Source: Eledone cirrhosa (Eukaryota). From it: a DNA stretch of 64,000 bases. The notes beneath the pieces are model-generated. The model was not told the DNA's origin. It was given only the letters and a program-made list of their open reading frames with translations, and made no database searches. Below are positions 50,101 to 61,245 of this stretch, one piece after another. Each line of letters opens with the position of its first letter. The stretch's first letter is position 1. The position numbers and the translations under genes were made by a program. The stretch is taken from contig OZ024740.1 of assembly GCA_964016885.1 (NCBI GenBank), forward strand, positions 181,722,001 to 181,786,000, written 5' to 3'.

Positions 50101-53052
50101 AGTAGCCGGGTCCTCGTCTATGAAGCCTATCTAAGTCAAGCACACAGATCACGAATTTGTGGTCCGTGTAGCTGACTATCTTGAATTGTGGACAGCCTAT
50201 GCTTGACCTATCTATTTCCCTACAAAATACTCTATCTAGATATGATCTGGATGACCCTATGCGATTTGTCCAAGTCCACATTGGCACATTCGGGAAATCC
50301 TATCGGTACCTGTCAGACAGTTCAAAACGCCTGAGCAGGTTGGTGAGGCTCTTGCACCCTCCATCCCTATCCGCTAATCCCAAACAGTCCCAGCGTGCAT
50401 CTAAGATCCCGTTCCAGTCGCCCACTAACACTAAAGAGCGGGACGTTCCAAGAAAGGTCTCCAGACGCTGGATGAAATCAAGCCGCCCTGCTCCTGTCGG
50501 GGCATAGACGGCCACTAGCCTGAAAGCTTGCCCGCCTCCGCTGGTCACGTCCAGCACCACCAGCTTACCCTCTGGGTCCAGGAAGATGGCCCGTATGGCG
50601 AGATCCAAACCTCTCCGAAAAAGCACAGCAACTCCTCCCCCGATCCCGGGCGGCAGGGAGATGCGTACACATCGTAGCCGCCGAAGATCGGTGCGAAGGC
50701 CCGTGCTTCGGAGATTCTGGTCTCGCTGATGGCCACTACATCTATGTTTAGTGAGCTGAGGTCGTTGAGCAGGTGGCCCTGCTTCCATGACGACCCCAAG
50801 CCACGCGCCTTTATGCTGCCTATTCTGAGTGAAGTCATGTTGAAATGGAGTGGAAAAGATGGGAAAGACCACTTACCTTACTTCTCGTTGAGGAAGGATA
50901 GTTTCTCCATCCATTTCACTGCTTGTGGCCTCCTTCGGAAGGATGTCCTTATAAATCCTCCTGGAGAGTGCTTGTCGGAAGTCTCCGATGTCTTTGGGGA
51001 ATTTTTGTTTTAGTGTCATGTACGTTTTCTGTGTGATGCCAGTGATGTGTATGTGTGGAGGTGGTGTGAATTTTGGGGTTGTTGTGTAGTCTTTTTCTGT
51101 GATGCTGGTGTTGTGTTGGATGTAGTGTAATAATTGGTTGTTGTTCAAATTTAATGCTATGTTGTGTGTACCGTTTTGGTTGTTTTGTTTTGTTTGCGTT
51201 TATTGTGGGTTTGTTTCTGTTTCGCATTTTGGTGACTTTTGTGGTGTAGGTGATGGTGGTGTTGGGGTTAATGATGGTGATGGTGTTGGTGTTTGGGGTG
51301 ATGGGGTTGGTGATGCTGGTGTGGATGGTGTCATATCTGTCCTAACTTTTTTGTTTGTTAATTTATTTGTTTCCCTCTGTATTTTGTTTTTGGAGGGGGA
51401 AGGAAGAGATTTTTTTTCTTTTTTAGTTACTTTTTTTCTTTTTTCCTGATACCGTTTCACACTCCTCCTCGTCACAATCTGTCTCCAGTTGTGATAGGCC
51501 GGGGAGTGGGAAATCCTCCACAGGCGTTAGTTTTGGTTGTGGCGTGGTGGATGGTGCAGGCGCTGGTGCTAGTTCTGAAGCGTTGGGTGGTGGTGGTGTT
51601 GGTATTGCTACTGTTGCTGGGGTTGTTGCTGTTACAGTTGCTTCTGTTCTTGCTGCTACAGTTGTTGCTGCCATCTCTGCTGCTGCTGGTGTTGATGGTT
51701 GAGTCACTGGGGTGGGTAGGAGAGGTGGCCTCAACCTTTTAGCCTGAGGGCAGAAAGCCCTTAGGTGGGTTCCTTCACCACAAACGACACACCTAGGCCT
51801 TCTTCCCTCGACAATTACGGTGAGGTGGCTGCCGTCAGTGAGGTCTAATACCTCTGAGATCTCCTCAATGCTTCTTTGGTCCGCTTGGATCAGGAGCTCC
51901 ATCCCAGATCCGGACCAGTTCTCCTGCTTTTCTTTTGCTATTGCTATTATCTTGGTGTTGGCTTCGATGCCGGCGAGGACGGCCGCTATTAGCCAGGGAA
52001 TTTCGATGGCCGGTGGAACGTGGGTCACCCTGATCTTTACGAGTCTCTGGCCACAATAGCTTGGGACGAGTGTGAAGTCGTCACTTCTTAATGGGGCCAT
52101 GGAGTGTTCTCTAGTCTCCTCTGGTGTTTCAAAGAACACGTTCACGGTTCCATACTTCTGCCCACGTCTGATGTGGGTTTTTCTTGCCCACACATGTCCC
52201 AAAGCTTTTTGGATTTGGGACTCGGATGCCCGTTCCACTCGGCGCGATTTTACATTAATTGTTCGATACGACACGGTGCATAGGCGCCGATGCTCCATTT
52301 TATTAGGTGGGGGATGAGGCTGACCCTGTACCCATCTTTCTTTACCATTTTTTTGGCATTTTCTAATTCCTCCTGAGTTACCGTATATGCTTCGCACTGT
52401 TTTGCTACTCTGGCAAAACTCAGGGTGGTTTTTTTAATGTCATTGTTGCTGTTGTTTTTATTTTTGTCGTTATTTTTGTTATTATTAATTTTCGTTTCAG
52501 TTGTGGTGGTGGTGGCGTCAGTGGTGTTCGTTGTGGAAGAGTCCATTTTGGTTGAAAACATTTCGACATCACGAGTTGATTTATTTTTTCCTTTTGTTTG
52601 TGTTGTCGCGGTGGTGGTAGGGGTGGTGGTTATCGCGGTGGTGGTGGTGGTGGCGGCTTTAACACCTGCAGTCATTGGTAATGGCGGGAAATGAATGTCT
52701 GCCTGAGACAAATTTAAAATATTGCTACTGATTAAATGTTTAGTGTTGGCAAACGTAGTAACGTTTACAATGGTGGTGTCGGTGTGAGGTGTTAGTTTGT
52801 GAGGAAGGCTCTCAGCTACTTGGTGCAGAGGTGAATTAGCCATTTTTTTTCAAAGAAATTTTTTGATAATCATAAAAGTTTAAATTTTGGGCACAAGACC
52901 CCAATCTTTTTGGGTGTCCTTTTCGGAAAACAATATATGTGCGCTTATATATAGTTAACAATAAAAATTTTCCATGAATGGCAATTTTTAACAAACGAAA
53001 ATAACAAACCTTTGCGGAGCTCACGATGATACGATTTACTACGTAGGTCGCC
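47169..53052 (-). mobile_element. Full-length Tx1/L1-clade LINE, copy B, inserted in the (AAT)n tail of Dong A
   Basis: Same termini and ORFs as 5251-11125; ORF1 52843-50873 and ORF2 50838-47420 with independent frameshifts and a stop at 48152. Confidence 0.95.
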
Positions 53053-53073
53053 AATAATAATAATAATAATAAT

Positions 53074-53121
<48 letters not shown>

Positions 53122-53123
<2 letters not shown>

Positions 53124-53256
53124 GTCTAAACACTAAAGATGCATGTGTAAATATGTATGTTCTTTCTTGAACATGGCGGACCTTGTTGTCTCTTGAGGTC
53201 ACTGGTTGTGACTTGGTGATAACTCGTATGAACATAAAGCAAGATAAATGCAACTG

Positions 53257-53257
<1 letters not shown>
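53122..53257 (+). mobile_element. Solo 3' UTR fragment of Dong family B between (AAT)n tracts
   Basis: Matches 58095-58229 and 58417-58551. Confidence 0.9.
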
Positions 53258-53293
<36 letters not shown>

Positions 53294-54276
53294 GATAGGG
53301 AAGAAGACGCACGAGGTGGTAGAAGGTCATGAAATCGCTCCCGTAGGTTTTTGATTTTTAACATATTTAAATCAATTGTGAAATCACAATTCTTAGTACA
53401 AATGTTGCATAAACCACCGAATCAGGTCCCATAAAGTTTCGGATCCATATTATATTATTGTATCGCTCAAATATTCAATTTTGTATTATATATTTTGTAT
53501 TCAAAAAAAGAAAATGGTTATAAATGGGAAAAAACACCCTCTGTCTACACTATATAGAACAGCCAAATAACAGCAATTTCACCAACGCCAGAAACTTGAT
53601 ACACCACCTATCCCATCACACTAAATATAACAGCCAGATAACGGCAATTTCACCAGCATCATAATAATAATTACTATTATTATTGTCTCAAATTTAAAAA
53701 AAAATGTTTAATTCCAATTTTACGGGAATATGTCAACACAAAATATAATAAAAATATATATTAAACATACGAACACAAACTCATAGATACTACATATCAG
53801 TAACCACAACGCCACCGCTGCCACCACCCCACCCCATCCATCATTGCTACCACTATCCCATCGTCGCCGCCACCACTCCTTCAATGCTACCACCACTATT
53901 CCCCTGTTAACTTGAGAGAGAAAGGGGAAGGTGGCGGTATCACTAGACAAGGGAGAGGCTAGCAAAAGATATAAATAGATTGACTTAGTGACCTGGCCAC
54001 CGGCCAAACGTCAACATCAACAATTATGGGACTGCTGGCTCACCCCTTCCTCACCAACAATATAAAAAGCCCCGGCACCACCACCGACATAGCCAACAAC
54101 AATAACAGCCAACTACAACAAAAAGTATATTATATTATTGTAATGCACTGGGTGATTGCTGGCCTTGTGCCTGGAGTGGAGACAATTATTAATAATTTCA
54201 TTCTTAAGCCACGCAATGCTCACATTAAGGAACCACTCATGATAATAACAATTTAAAAAAAACAACAAAAAGAAAA

Positions 54277-57200
54277 CCCCGTGACCAAGAAATACCGGGA
54301 TGGCGGCCGGCGGGGAATAGCCATGTCTCTAGGGGAGAACGACCCCTCTAGTCTTGGTTGACACTCGTTCTAGAAGTGGTAACACGAAAAGATTACCCCT
54401 TGGCGGATAAGGATAAAACGCGACAAAATAAAGTAGATGTCTAATGATGAAATCTCATACCGGATCGGCCGTCACCCAGGTAAAAAGGGCCGCGTCCCTC
54501 AGAGAGGAACCAGACTGGGGTCGAAAAATCAGCTAATGGTTCAAACCTTACCATCACTTCGGAGCTGGAGACCTCCCATAACCGGAATACTCCTACTGTT
54601 GGCCCTCCATGCTCACCACCAAGAAATCCAAAGAAAAAGAGAGAAAAATGGTCAAGGGAAGATAATAAAGAAGTCCTTGAGGCTTTCTACACTGCCATGT
54701 ACTACCCATCAAATACATCGAATACAGAACAAACATATATCAACTGGAAAAAGAAACATCCCGAAAACAGAGGCTATATTGACAGTAACAAACTAGCCAA
54801 TATACGAAGAAATATTGTAAGAAAAAAGTTACTAACTGATATAGAAATTGATCAGATCAAGCTATTAGCACAAAGTCAGCGAAGGGAAAATGAAACATGT
54901 GTCAGTGAAAACGAGGTAAACTGTAACACTTCGAATCCCAGGGTTGGGGCGGAATCACTGGCAACAGAACAAATTAAAGAAAGGATCGAAAAAGTGGAGG
55001 GAGTACATGCTCAGGATGAAACTCCAAATGAAAATAATGAGATCGTAAATGATAAAGAAATGAATGAGAATGAACTTGCCAACTTGAAGGATGAAATTAT
55101 GATCGAATGGATGAAAATGAAAGAATCTGACATGGGGCACCGAGACACCCTCCCTAAGATCCAGAATTCCAAACAGAACCAAAAGATAATACACAAGACT
55201 AACATAATTCTTAAAAACATTATCATCACAAACAAACTAAACATTACTGATTTAAATCATCTCTATTATGCATCGGCTAAAGTCACCACTCACTTATGTG
55301 GAGTGAAGATGAAAAAACAAAGGAATTCCCACAAGAAATCTACTTGGCAAGAGAACATCAATCGCCAAATAAACCTTCTCCGATCTGACATAGAAATTTT
55401 AACAAACTATAAAGTAGGTGAACATGTTAAACAAACTAAACTTAGAAAATTGAAAAAAAGTACAGTATAAAATCAACATGTGACATAGACATGCTGATAG
55501 AAATAATCAAGCAAAAAGTATCGGCCAAAGCTGCTCGTATAAGGCGCTTTGAAAAACGATCTAGATTCTATAAGGACAATAATATGTTCAAAAACAACCA
55601 AAGAAACTTCTACAGAAAAATTGGTAAGTCAACAATAACTGCTAAATCAATACCACCCAAGGAGGAAGTGCAAGAATTCTGGGAAAAGATCTGGGCCGAA
55701 GAAAAAGTTCATAACATACATGCCCCATGGATAGACAGACAAATGAAAGATACAGCTCACCTTGAGGAACAAACATGGGAAAATATAACAGTTGAACAGT
55801 TGCGCTTGGCTCTAAGAAAAACCAGCAAATGGAAATCCCCAGGAAAAGACAAAATACAAAACTTTTGGATAAATGCCTTCACAGAGTCTCATGAGCTGTT
55901 AGCCCAACTTTACAATGAAATAGTTAAGAAGCCAGAAAAGATACCATCATGGCTGGTTAACGGCATTACATTCCTGCTTCCGAAGAATGATGAGACTAAC
56001 AATCCCAAAAATTACAGACCGATAACTTGCTTGACCACAATGTATAAAATGTTAACATCAGTCCTAGCTGAATACACATATTACCACCTGATAACAAATG
56101 ACCTATTTCCCATTGAGCAGAAAGGGTGTAAACGAGGCTCATATGGCTGTAAGGATCAGCTTCTGGTTAACAAAATGATACAGGAAGATTGTCATAATAG
56201 ACACAAAAATCTATCCATTGCTTGCATAGATTATAAAAAAGCATTCGATAGTTTGCCACACAGTTGGATTGAAAAATGTTTAGAGATTTTCAAAATATCC
56301 CCCGTTGTCAGGAGGTTTTTGTCATTCAGTATGAAGACATGGAAAACGACACTCCTTTTGAATAGTGAAACAAAATCACTGGAAGCTGGAGCAGTTAATA
56401 TTAATTGTGGAATTTTTCAGGGTGACTCTTTATCACCGCTTTTTTTCTGCATCGCACTTATACCATTAAGTAAAATGCTCAATGAAACAAAACATGGATA
56501 TAAAGTCTATGACAAAACCATTAATCACCTGTTCTACATGGATGACCTGAAACTATTTGCAAAAAATGATGAACAATTGCAAGGACTATTATCCACTGTG
56601 AAGCAGTTCAGTGATGGCATTAAAATGGAGTTTGGACTAGATAAATGCGCCAAAGCAACGTTCACCAGAGGAAAGCTGCTGAAGAGTTCAGACATTAATC
56701 TTGATCGGGGGAACGTGATAAGAGAACTTGATCAAGAAAAAACTTACAAATATCTATGTGTTTGTGAAGGAGAGGGAATCAAGCACTCGACAATGAGGAA
56801 AAGGATAAGGAAGGAATGTTACCGCAGAGTAAGAGCAATCTTAAGAACGGAATTGAATGCAAGGAATAGGATCGATGCCATAAACACGCTTGCCATACCA
56901 GTAGTAACCTACAGTTACAATGTCATCAACTGGTCAAGCACAGAGATCCGTAGGCTCGATACAATAATTAGAAAATTCTTAACCATGCACAGAATGCATC
57001 ACCCTAAGGCAGATATAGATAGAATATATCTCCCTGGGAAAGAAGGAGGACGTGGGTTAATCCAGTTAGACATTGCGTTGAAAACTGCAACAATTGGATT
57101 ATCTACATATCTAAGGGAATCACATGATTGGATGATCAAATTCGTTTTGAAACACGAAAGCATCAAAAGATCATATTCCATTACAAAAGATGCACAAAGA

Positions 57201-58229
57201 TACAGTAATGGCCTACAAATTTCAGAAGTCCCATTTACTGCTGAAATGGAAAACACAGAAAAAGCAAAGCAGGTAAAAGTAACTGCAAAGAAAGAACTGC
57301 TACAGAAACTGGCTAAGAAATGGCAAGAAAAGCCTCTGTATGGAAAATACCCAGAGCGAGCTAACAATCCTGATGTTGACAAAACTTTAACGCATCAGTG
57401 GTTGGCATCCTCTGGACTGAAATCGGAGACTGAAGGACTGATTATATCGGCACAAGATCAGTGTCTGCCAACAAAAAATTACCAAGCCAACATAATAAAA
57501 AATGGGTGCAGCCCATTATGCCGTATATGCAAAAAACAACCAGGGACCATTGACCATATAATTTCAATGTGCAGTCCTATAGCTCCAACCGAATACCTAA
57601 ACAGGCATGACAGAGCTGCACAATACATACATTGGATAATGTGTAAGCATTTTGACCTGCCCCATCAAAAGAATTGGTGGGAGCATCAACCACCTCCCAT
57701 ACTTGAAAAAGATCACATCTCAATCTTGTGGAACTTTAGCATCCAAACAGACCGAAAAATAGATGCAAATAGACCTGATATAATATTGAAGGACTTTCAA
57801 AAGAGGGTATGCCTGCTAATTGATATGTCTGTTCCAATAGACAAGAATGTATCTATAAAAACATTTGAAAAATTGAGCAAGTATAATGACCTGGAGATAG
57901 AAATTGGAAAAATGTGGAAATTGATAACTAAAACAATACCAGTGGTTGTAGGCGCTCTGGGAATGATATCTAAGGGGTCTAATGATTACTTATCGCAAAT
58001 CCCAGGAAACCCGCGTATAGGAGAAATACAAAAGATAGTACTAATGGGAACTGCCCATATACTAAGGAAGATTCTGTCAATATAAGTACATCACAAGTCT
58101 AAACACTAAAGATGCATGTGTGAGTATGTATGTTCTTTCTTGAACATGGCGGACCTTGTTATCTCTTGAGGTCACTGGTTGTGACTTGGTGATAACTCGT
58201 ATGAACATAAAGCAAGATAAATGAAACTG
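54277..58229 (+). mobile_element. R4/Dong-clade RLE non-LTR retrotransposon, family B, near full-length
   Basis: ORF pieces from 54437, 54697..55470, 55491..58085; YRPITCL, GIFQGDSLSP, FYMDD, CRIC..TIDHIISMC, RHD, RPDIILKD..DMSVP..EK; (TAA)n tail. 5' boundary approximate. Confidence 0.93.
55491..58085 (+). CDS. RT - CCHC - restriction-like endonuclease of Dong B (864-aa open segment)
   Basis: Uninterrupted RT through the PD..D endonuclease; upstream part frameshifted. Confidence 0.88.
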   Translation: MLIEIIKQKVSAKAARIRRFEKRSRFYKDNNMFKNNQRNFYRKIGKSTITAKSIPPKEEVQEFWEKIWAEEKVHNIHAPWIDRQMKDTAHLEEQTWENITVEQLRLALRKTSKWKSPGKDKIQNFWINAFTESHELLAQLYNEIVKKPEKIPSWLVNGITFLLPKNDETNNPKNYRPITCLTTMYKMLTSVLAEYTYYHLITNDLFPIEQKGCKRGSYGCKDQLLVNKMIQEDCHNRHKNLSIACIDYKKAFDSLPHSWIEKCLEIFKISPVVRRFLSFSMKTWKTTLLLNSETKSLEAGAVNINCGIFQGDSLSPLFFCIALIPLSKMLNETKHGYKVYDKTINHLFYMDDLKLFAKNDEQLQGLLSTVKQFSDGIKMEFGLDKCAKATFTRGKLLKSSDINLDRGNVIRELDQEKTYKYLCVCEGEGIKHSTMRKRIRKECYRRVRAILRTELNARNRIDAINTLAIPVVTYSYNVINWSSTEIRRLDTIIRKFLTMHRMHHPKADIDRIYLPGKEGGRGLIQLDIALKTATIGLSTYLRESHDWMIKFVLKHESIKRSYSITKDAQRYSNGLQISEVPFTAEMENTEKAKQVKVTAKKELLQKLAKKWQEKPLYGKYPERANNPDVDKTLTHQWLASSGLKSETEGLIISAQDQCLPTKNYQANIIKNGCSPLCRICKKQPGTIDHIISMCSPIAPTEYLNRHDRAAQYIHWIMCKHFDLPHQKNWWEHQPPPILEKDHISILWNFSIQTDRKIDANRPDIILKDFQKRVCLLIDMSVPIDKNVSIKTFEKLSKYNDLEIEIGKMWKLITKTIPVVVGALGMISKGSNDYLSQIPGNPRIGEIQKIVLMGTAHILRKILSI

Positions 58230-58250
58230 TAATAATAATAATAATAATAA

Positions 58251-58550
58251 TAAAACAATACCAGTGGTTGTAGGCGCTCTGGGAATGATACCTAAGGGGT
58301 CTAATGATTACTTATCGCAAATCCCAGGAAACCCGCGTATAGGAGAAATACAAAAGATAGTACTAATGGGAACTGCCCATATACTAAGGAAGATTCTGTC
58401 AATATAAGTACATCACAAGTCTAAACACTAAAGATGCATGTGTGAGTATGTATGTTCTTTCTTGAACATGGCGGACCTTGTTGTCTCTTGAGGTCACTGG
58501 TTGTGACTTGGTGATAACTCGTATGAACATAAAGCAAGATAAATGCAACT

Positions 58551-58551
<1 letters not shown>
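58251..58551 (+). mobile_element. 5'-truncated 300-bp Dong B copy in the (TAA)n tail of the long copy
   Basis: Copy of 57929-58229 with 3 substitutions, followed by (TAA)n and (GAA)n. Confidence 0.92.
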
Positions 58552-58586
<35 letters not shown>

Positions 58587-58595
58587 GAAAAAGAT

Positions 58596-58679
58596 GAAGA
58601 AGAAGAAGAAGAAGAAGAAGAAGAAGAAGAAGAAGAAGAAGAAGAAGAAGAAGAAGAAGAAGAAGAAGAAGAAGAAGAA
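58596..58679. repeat. (GAA)n microsatellite
   Basis: Read directly from the sequence. Confidence 0.97.
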
Positions 58680-60200
58680 ACAAGTTTTAAAAATAAAAGA
58701 GGTAGTGGACAATGACGGAGAAAGAAGTGGCTTTAATTTCTTTCTGCATTCCCTTCTACTTCAACATCCCATAAGTCTTTCTGACTTAACCCTTTAGCAT
58801 TTAATCCAGCCATAACCAGCCAGAACTCTCTCACTTCATTCTCTTCAAACCAGCTGCATTAAGGCATTATTCTCAAAATATCTACATTCAGGTATTATTC
58901 TCAAAATAAATGACATCAAAATCAAGTAGATTCGATATTATGTAAGATAAAGCCTTTACTGTGAAAATACAATAGTAAATATAGAATAATGTAAATGCTA
59001 AAAGATTTCACAAGGACTCAGTTTTTCAAGGTTGAGATATCATTCAAATTGACCTTGATACCTGATTAACCATTGCACAATTTGAACTGAGAATGTACAG
59101 GCCCATAACAAAATACTGCAAAGCATTTTGTTCGAAATAATAATGAAGATTCTGCTAAATCCAGTGCTTTCATTCTCGAGTAATAAAATATTGATCAGAC
59201 AAACAGATAGCATAGTTTGTTCAAATGTTCTTTAAACCTTTCATGAACATATTTCCAATGAAAGGCATTTCTTACGATTTTCAAATAATGTTTAAAATAA
59301 TCAAGAATTTGAAGTTATTTACTAAGTTAATGAGCTCATAAAATTATTATAGCAGAAAATATCTAAAACAGGATGAAAATTTAAATGTTTATAGAGTATT
59401 TACAGTTGGTCTGATATCTGTGAAAATGTGCAGTATTAGAATAAAAAAAATTAGTTTCAATGAGACCCATTTCTTATGCTGTTTTGCACTTTTTCAAAGA
59501 TGATTTGCTAATGTGGCTTCATGTGGCACAGAAGGTTAAGTAAACAGTTTGGTATCACAAAATGTATTATAGAACATATGAGAAAAACATGGTCCCTCAC
59601 ACCCATCAAGTGTCGACTATGACAATTTTTTCAGCTCATGCCAGCATGGAAAATGAATGTACATAAAATAATGATGATGATGAGAACCAGAGGTAATTTC
59701 AGAAAATGTAGTATCTAAAAGGTTAAACTTGATAGCTTGTTGTACCTTCTTTAATTGAACTGGTTCTAGAAAGTAGCTTTAAATTATGCAGCTGCATTGA
59801 TTTTTCTGGTCAGCTGAAGCAGAATAAATGAGAAGTGACTGAAAGAGATCATTATTTTTAAACAAAATTCCACCCACCCTTATTTACACTAGATTAGTCA
59901 CAAGCATAGACTAGTAAAGCCAAGTTCTTTAACATAAAGATATATGTACATATATGCAGTTCTGTGCTAAAGTATATCGGTATTTTAGTGTATGTGTGTG
60001 GTGTTTGCAAGTGCATATGTGTGGGTGTGTGTGAGTGCATGAATGTGTATAATGTTTCATACAATTTTTAACTACACACCTATAACACTCCTGTGGCTAT
60101 GTATACAACTCAATGCATGTAAATGTATACATATTTACAATCACAGAAATATATGCGTAAAAATGGTAATGACCCTCATAACGATAACTATCTATCTATC

Positions 60201-60724
60201 TGCCGCCTCCTCTCTTCAAAAACGAAGGAGTGGCGTAATAGCCATGGTGAAGAGGTTGTATGGTGGACGCGTCTGAAAGGACTGAGGTCAGACACCTTTT
60301 TCTCTGGCCAACAACTGGTCCGTTTCTTCCGATATCATTTCGGAAGAAGGATCAGGATGGAGAGAGAGGTACTGCTTCCCAGCCGTTTCTATGAAAGATG
60401 GCTGAAAGTGGCGAGAATGGCCCGTGTGAATGGGCCTTCACTCTACATCAGACTGTAGAGAAAGATGAAAGATCAAGGGAGCACCCTCTCGCTGTGCTCC
60501 TGAGGAGAAAGGTTGCAGACTTTTTTAGGGGGGGGGGGCGAGCCCCAAGGCGCCTCCTCCCTATTGAGGATTTTGTTATTCAATTTATTTTTGTTATATT
60601 TTATATTTTATATTTTTATATGTTGTTATTGCCTCCTCCTTAGTGAGGACCCCTTTTTATGTAAACTCCCCCCCATTGTACTTGTCCCACTCTCTGATGC
60701 CCTGGTGGCAAATAAAAAGAAAGT
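60201..60724 (+). mobile_element. 3' fragment of a sister Tx1 family flanked by (TATC)n
   Basis: EVVWWTRLKGLRSDTFFSG..RIRMEREVL..ERWLKVARMARVNGPSLYIRL is homologous to the ORF2 C-terminus of copies A and B; tatctatc on both sides. Confidence 0.88.
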
Positions 60725-61245
60725 TATCTATCTAACTTTTAAATTACATTTGTGATAATATTTTACACGCTTTTATTGTATGTAAACTTCCCCCTTTGTC
60801 TTTGTCCCCTTCTTTTGTGTCCCCGTGGCTAATATAGAAACATATCTATCTCTCTCTCTCTATATATATATATATATAAATATATATGTATATATATATA
60901 CCCATCCAAAAACTTGCAACAGGGAAAGCACCATTTTAACATACATACATACATACATGAGTATGCACACATATTCCATCTAATTAGACTTCCATCTATT
61001 TGTGGCTAATAAAGAAATATATCTATTTTCTTTTCCATTTTCAAAATTTTGCTCTCAGTCATATGTATATTTTCTTCTTCGCTAATCATTCTTTAGATAT
61101 ACTATCATGGATTACTTTACAGATTACAGAAGTGTAACACAGTCTTTGTTCAGTTTATGTGCATATTGTCAATTTACGTATTATATCTATGTGCATATAT
61201 ATTTGCGTACATCAACACACTATATATGCTAGTAGAAAACCAACC

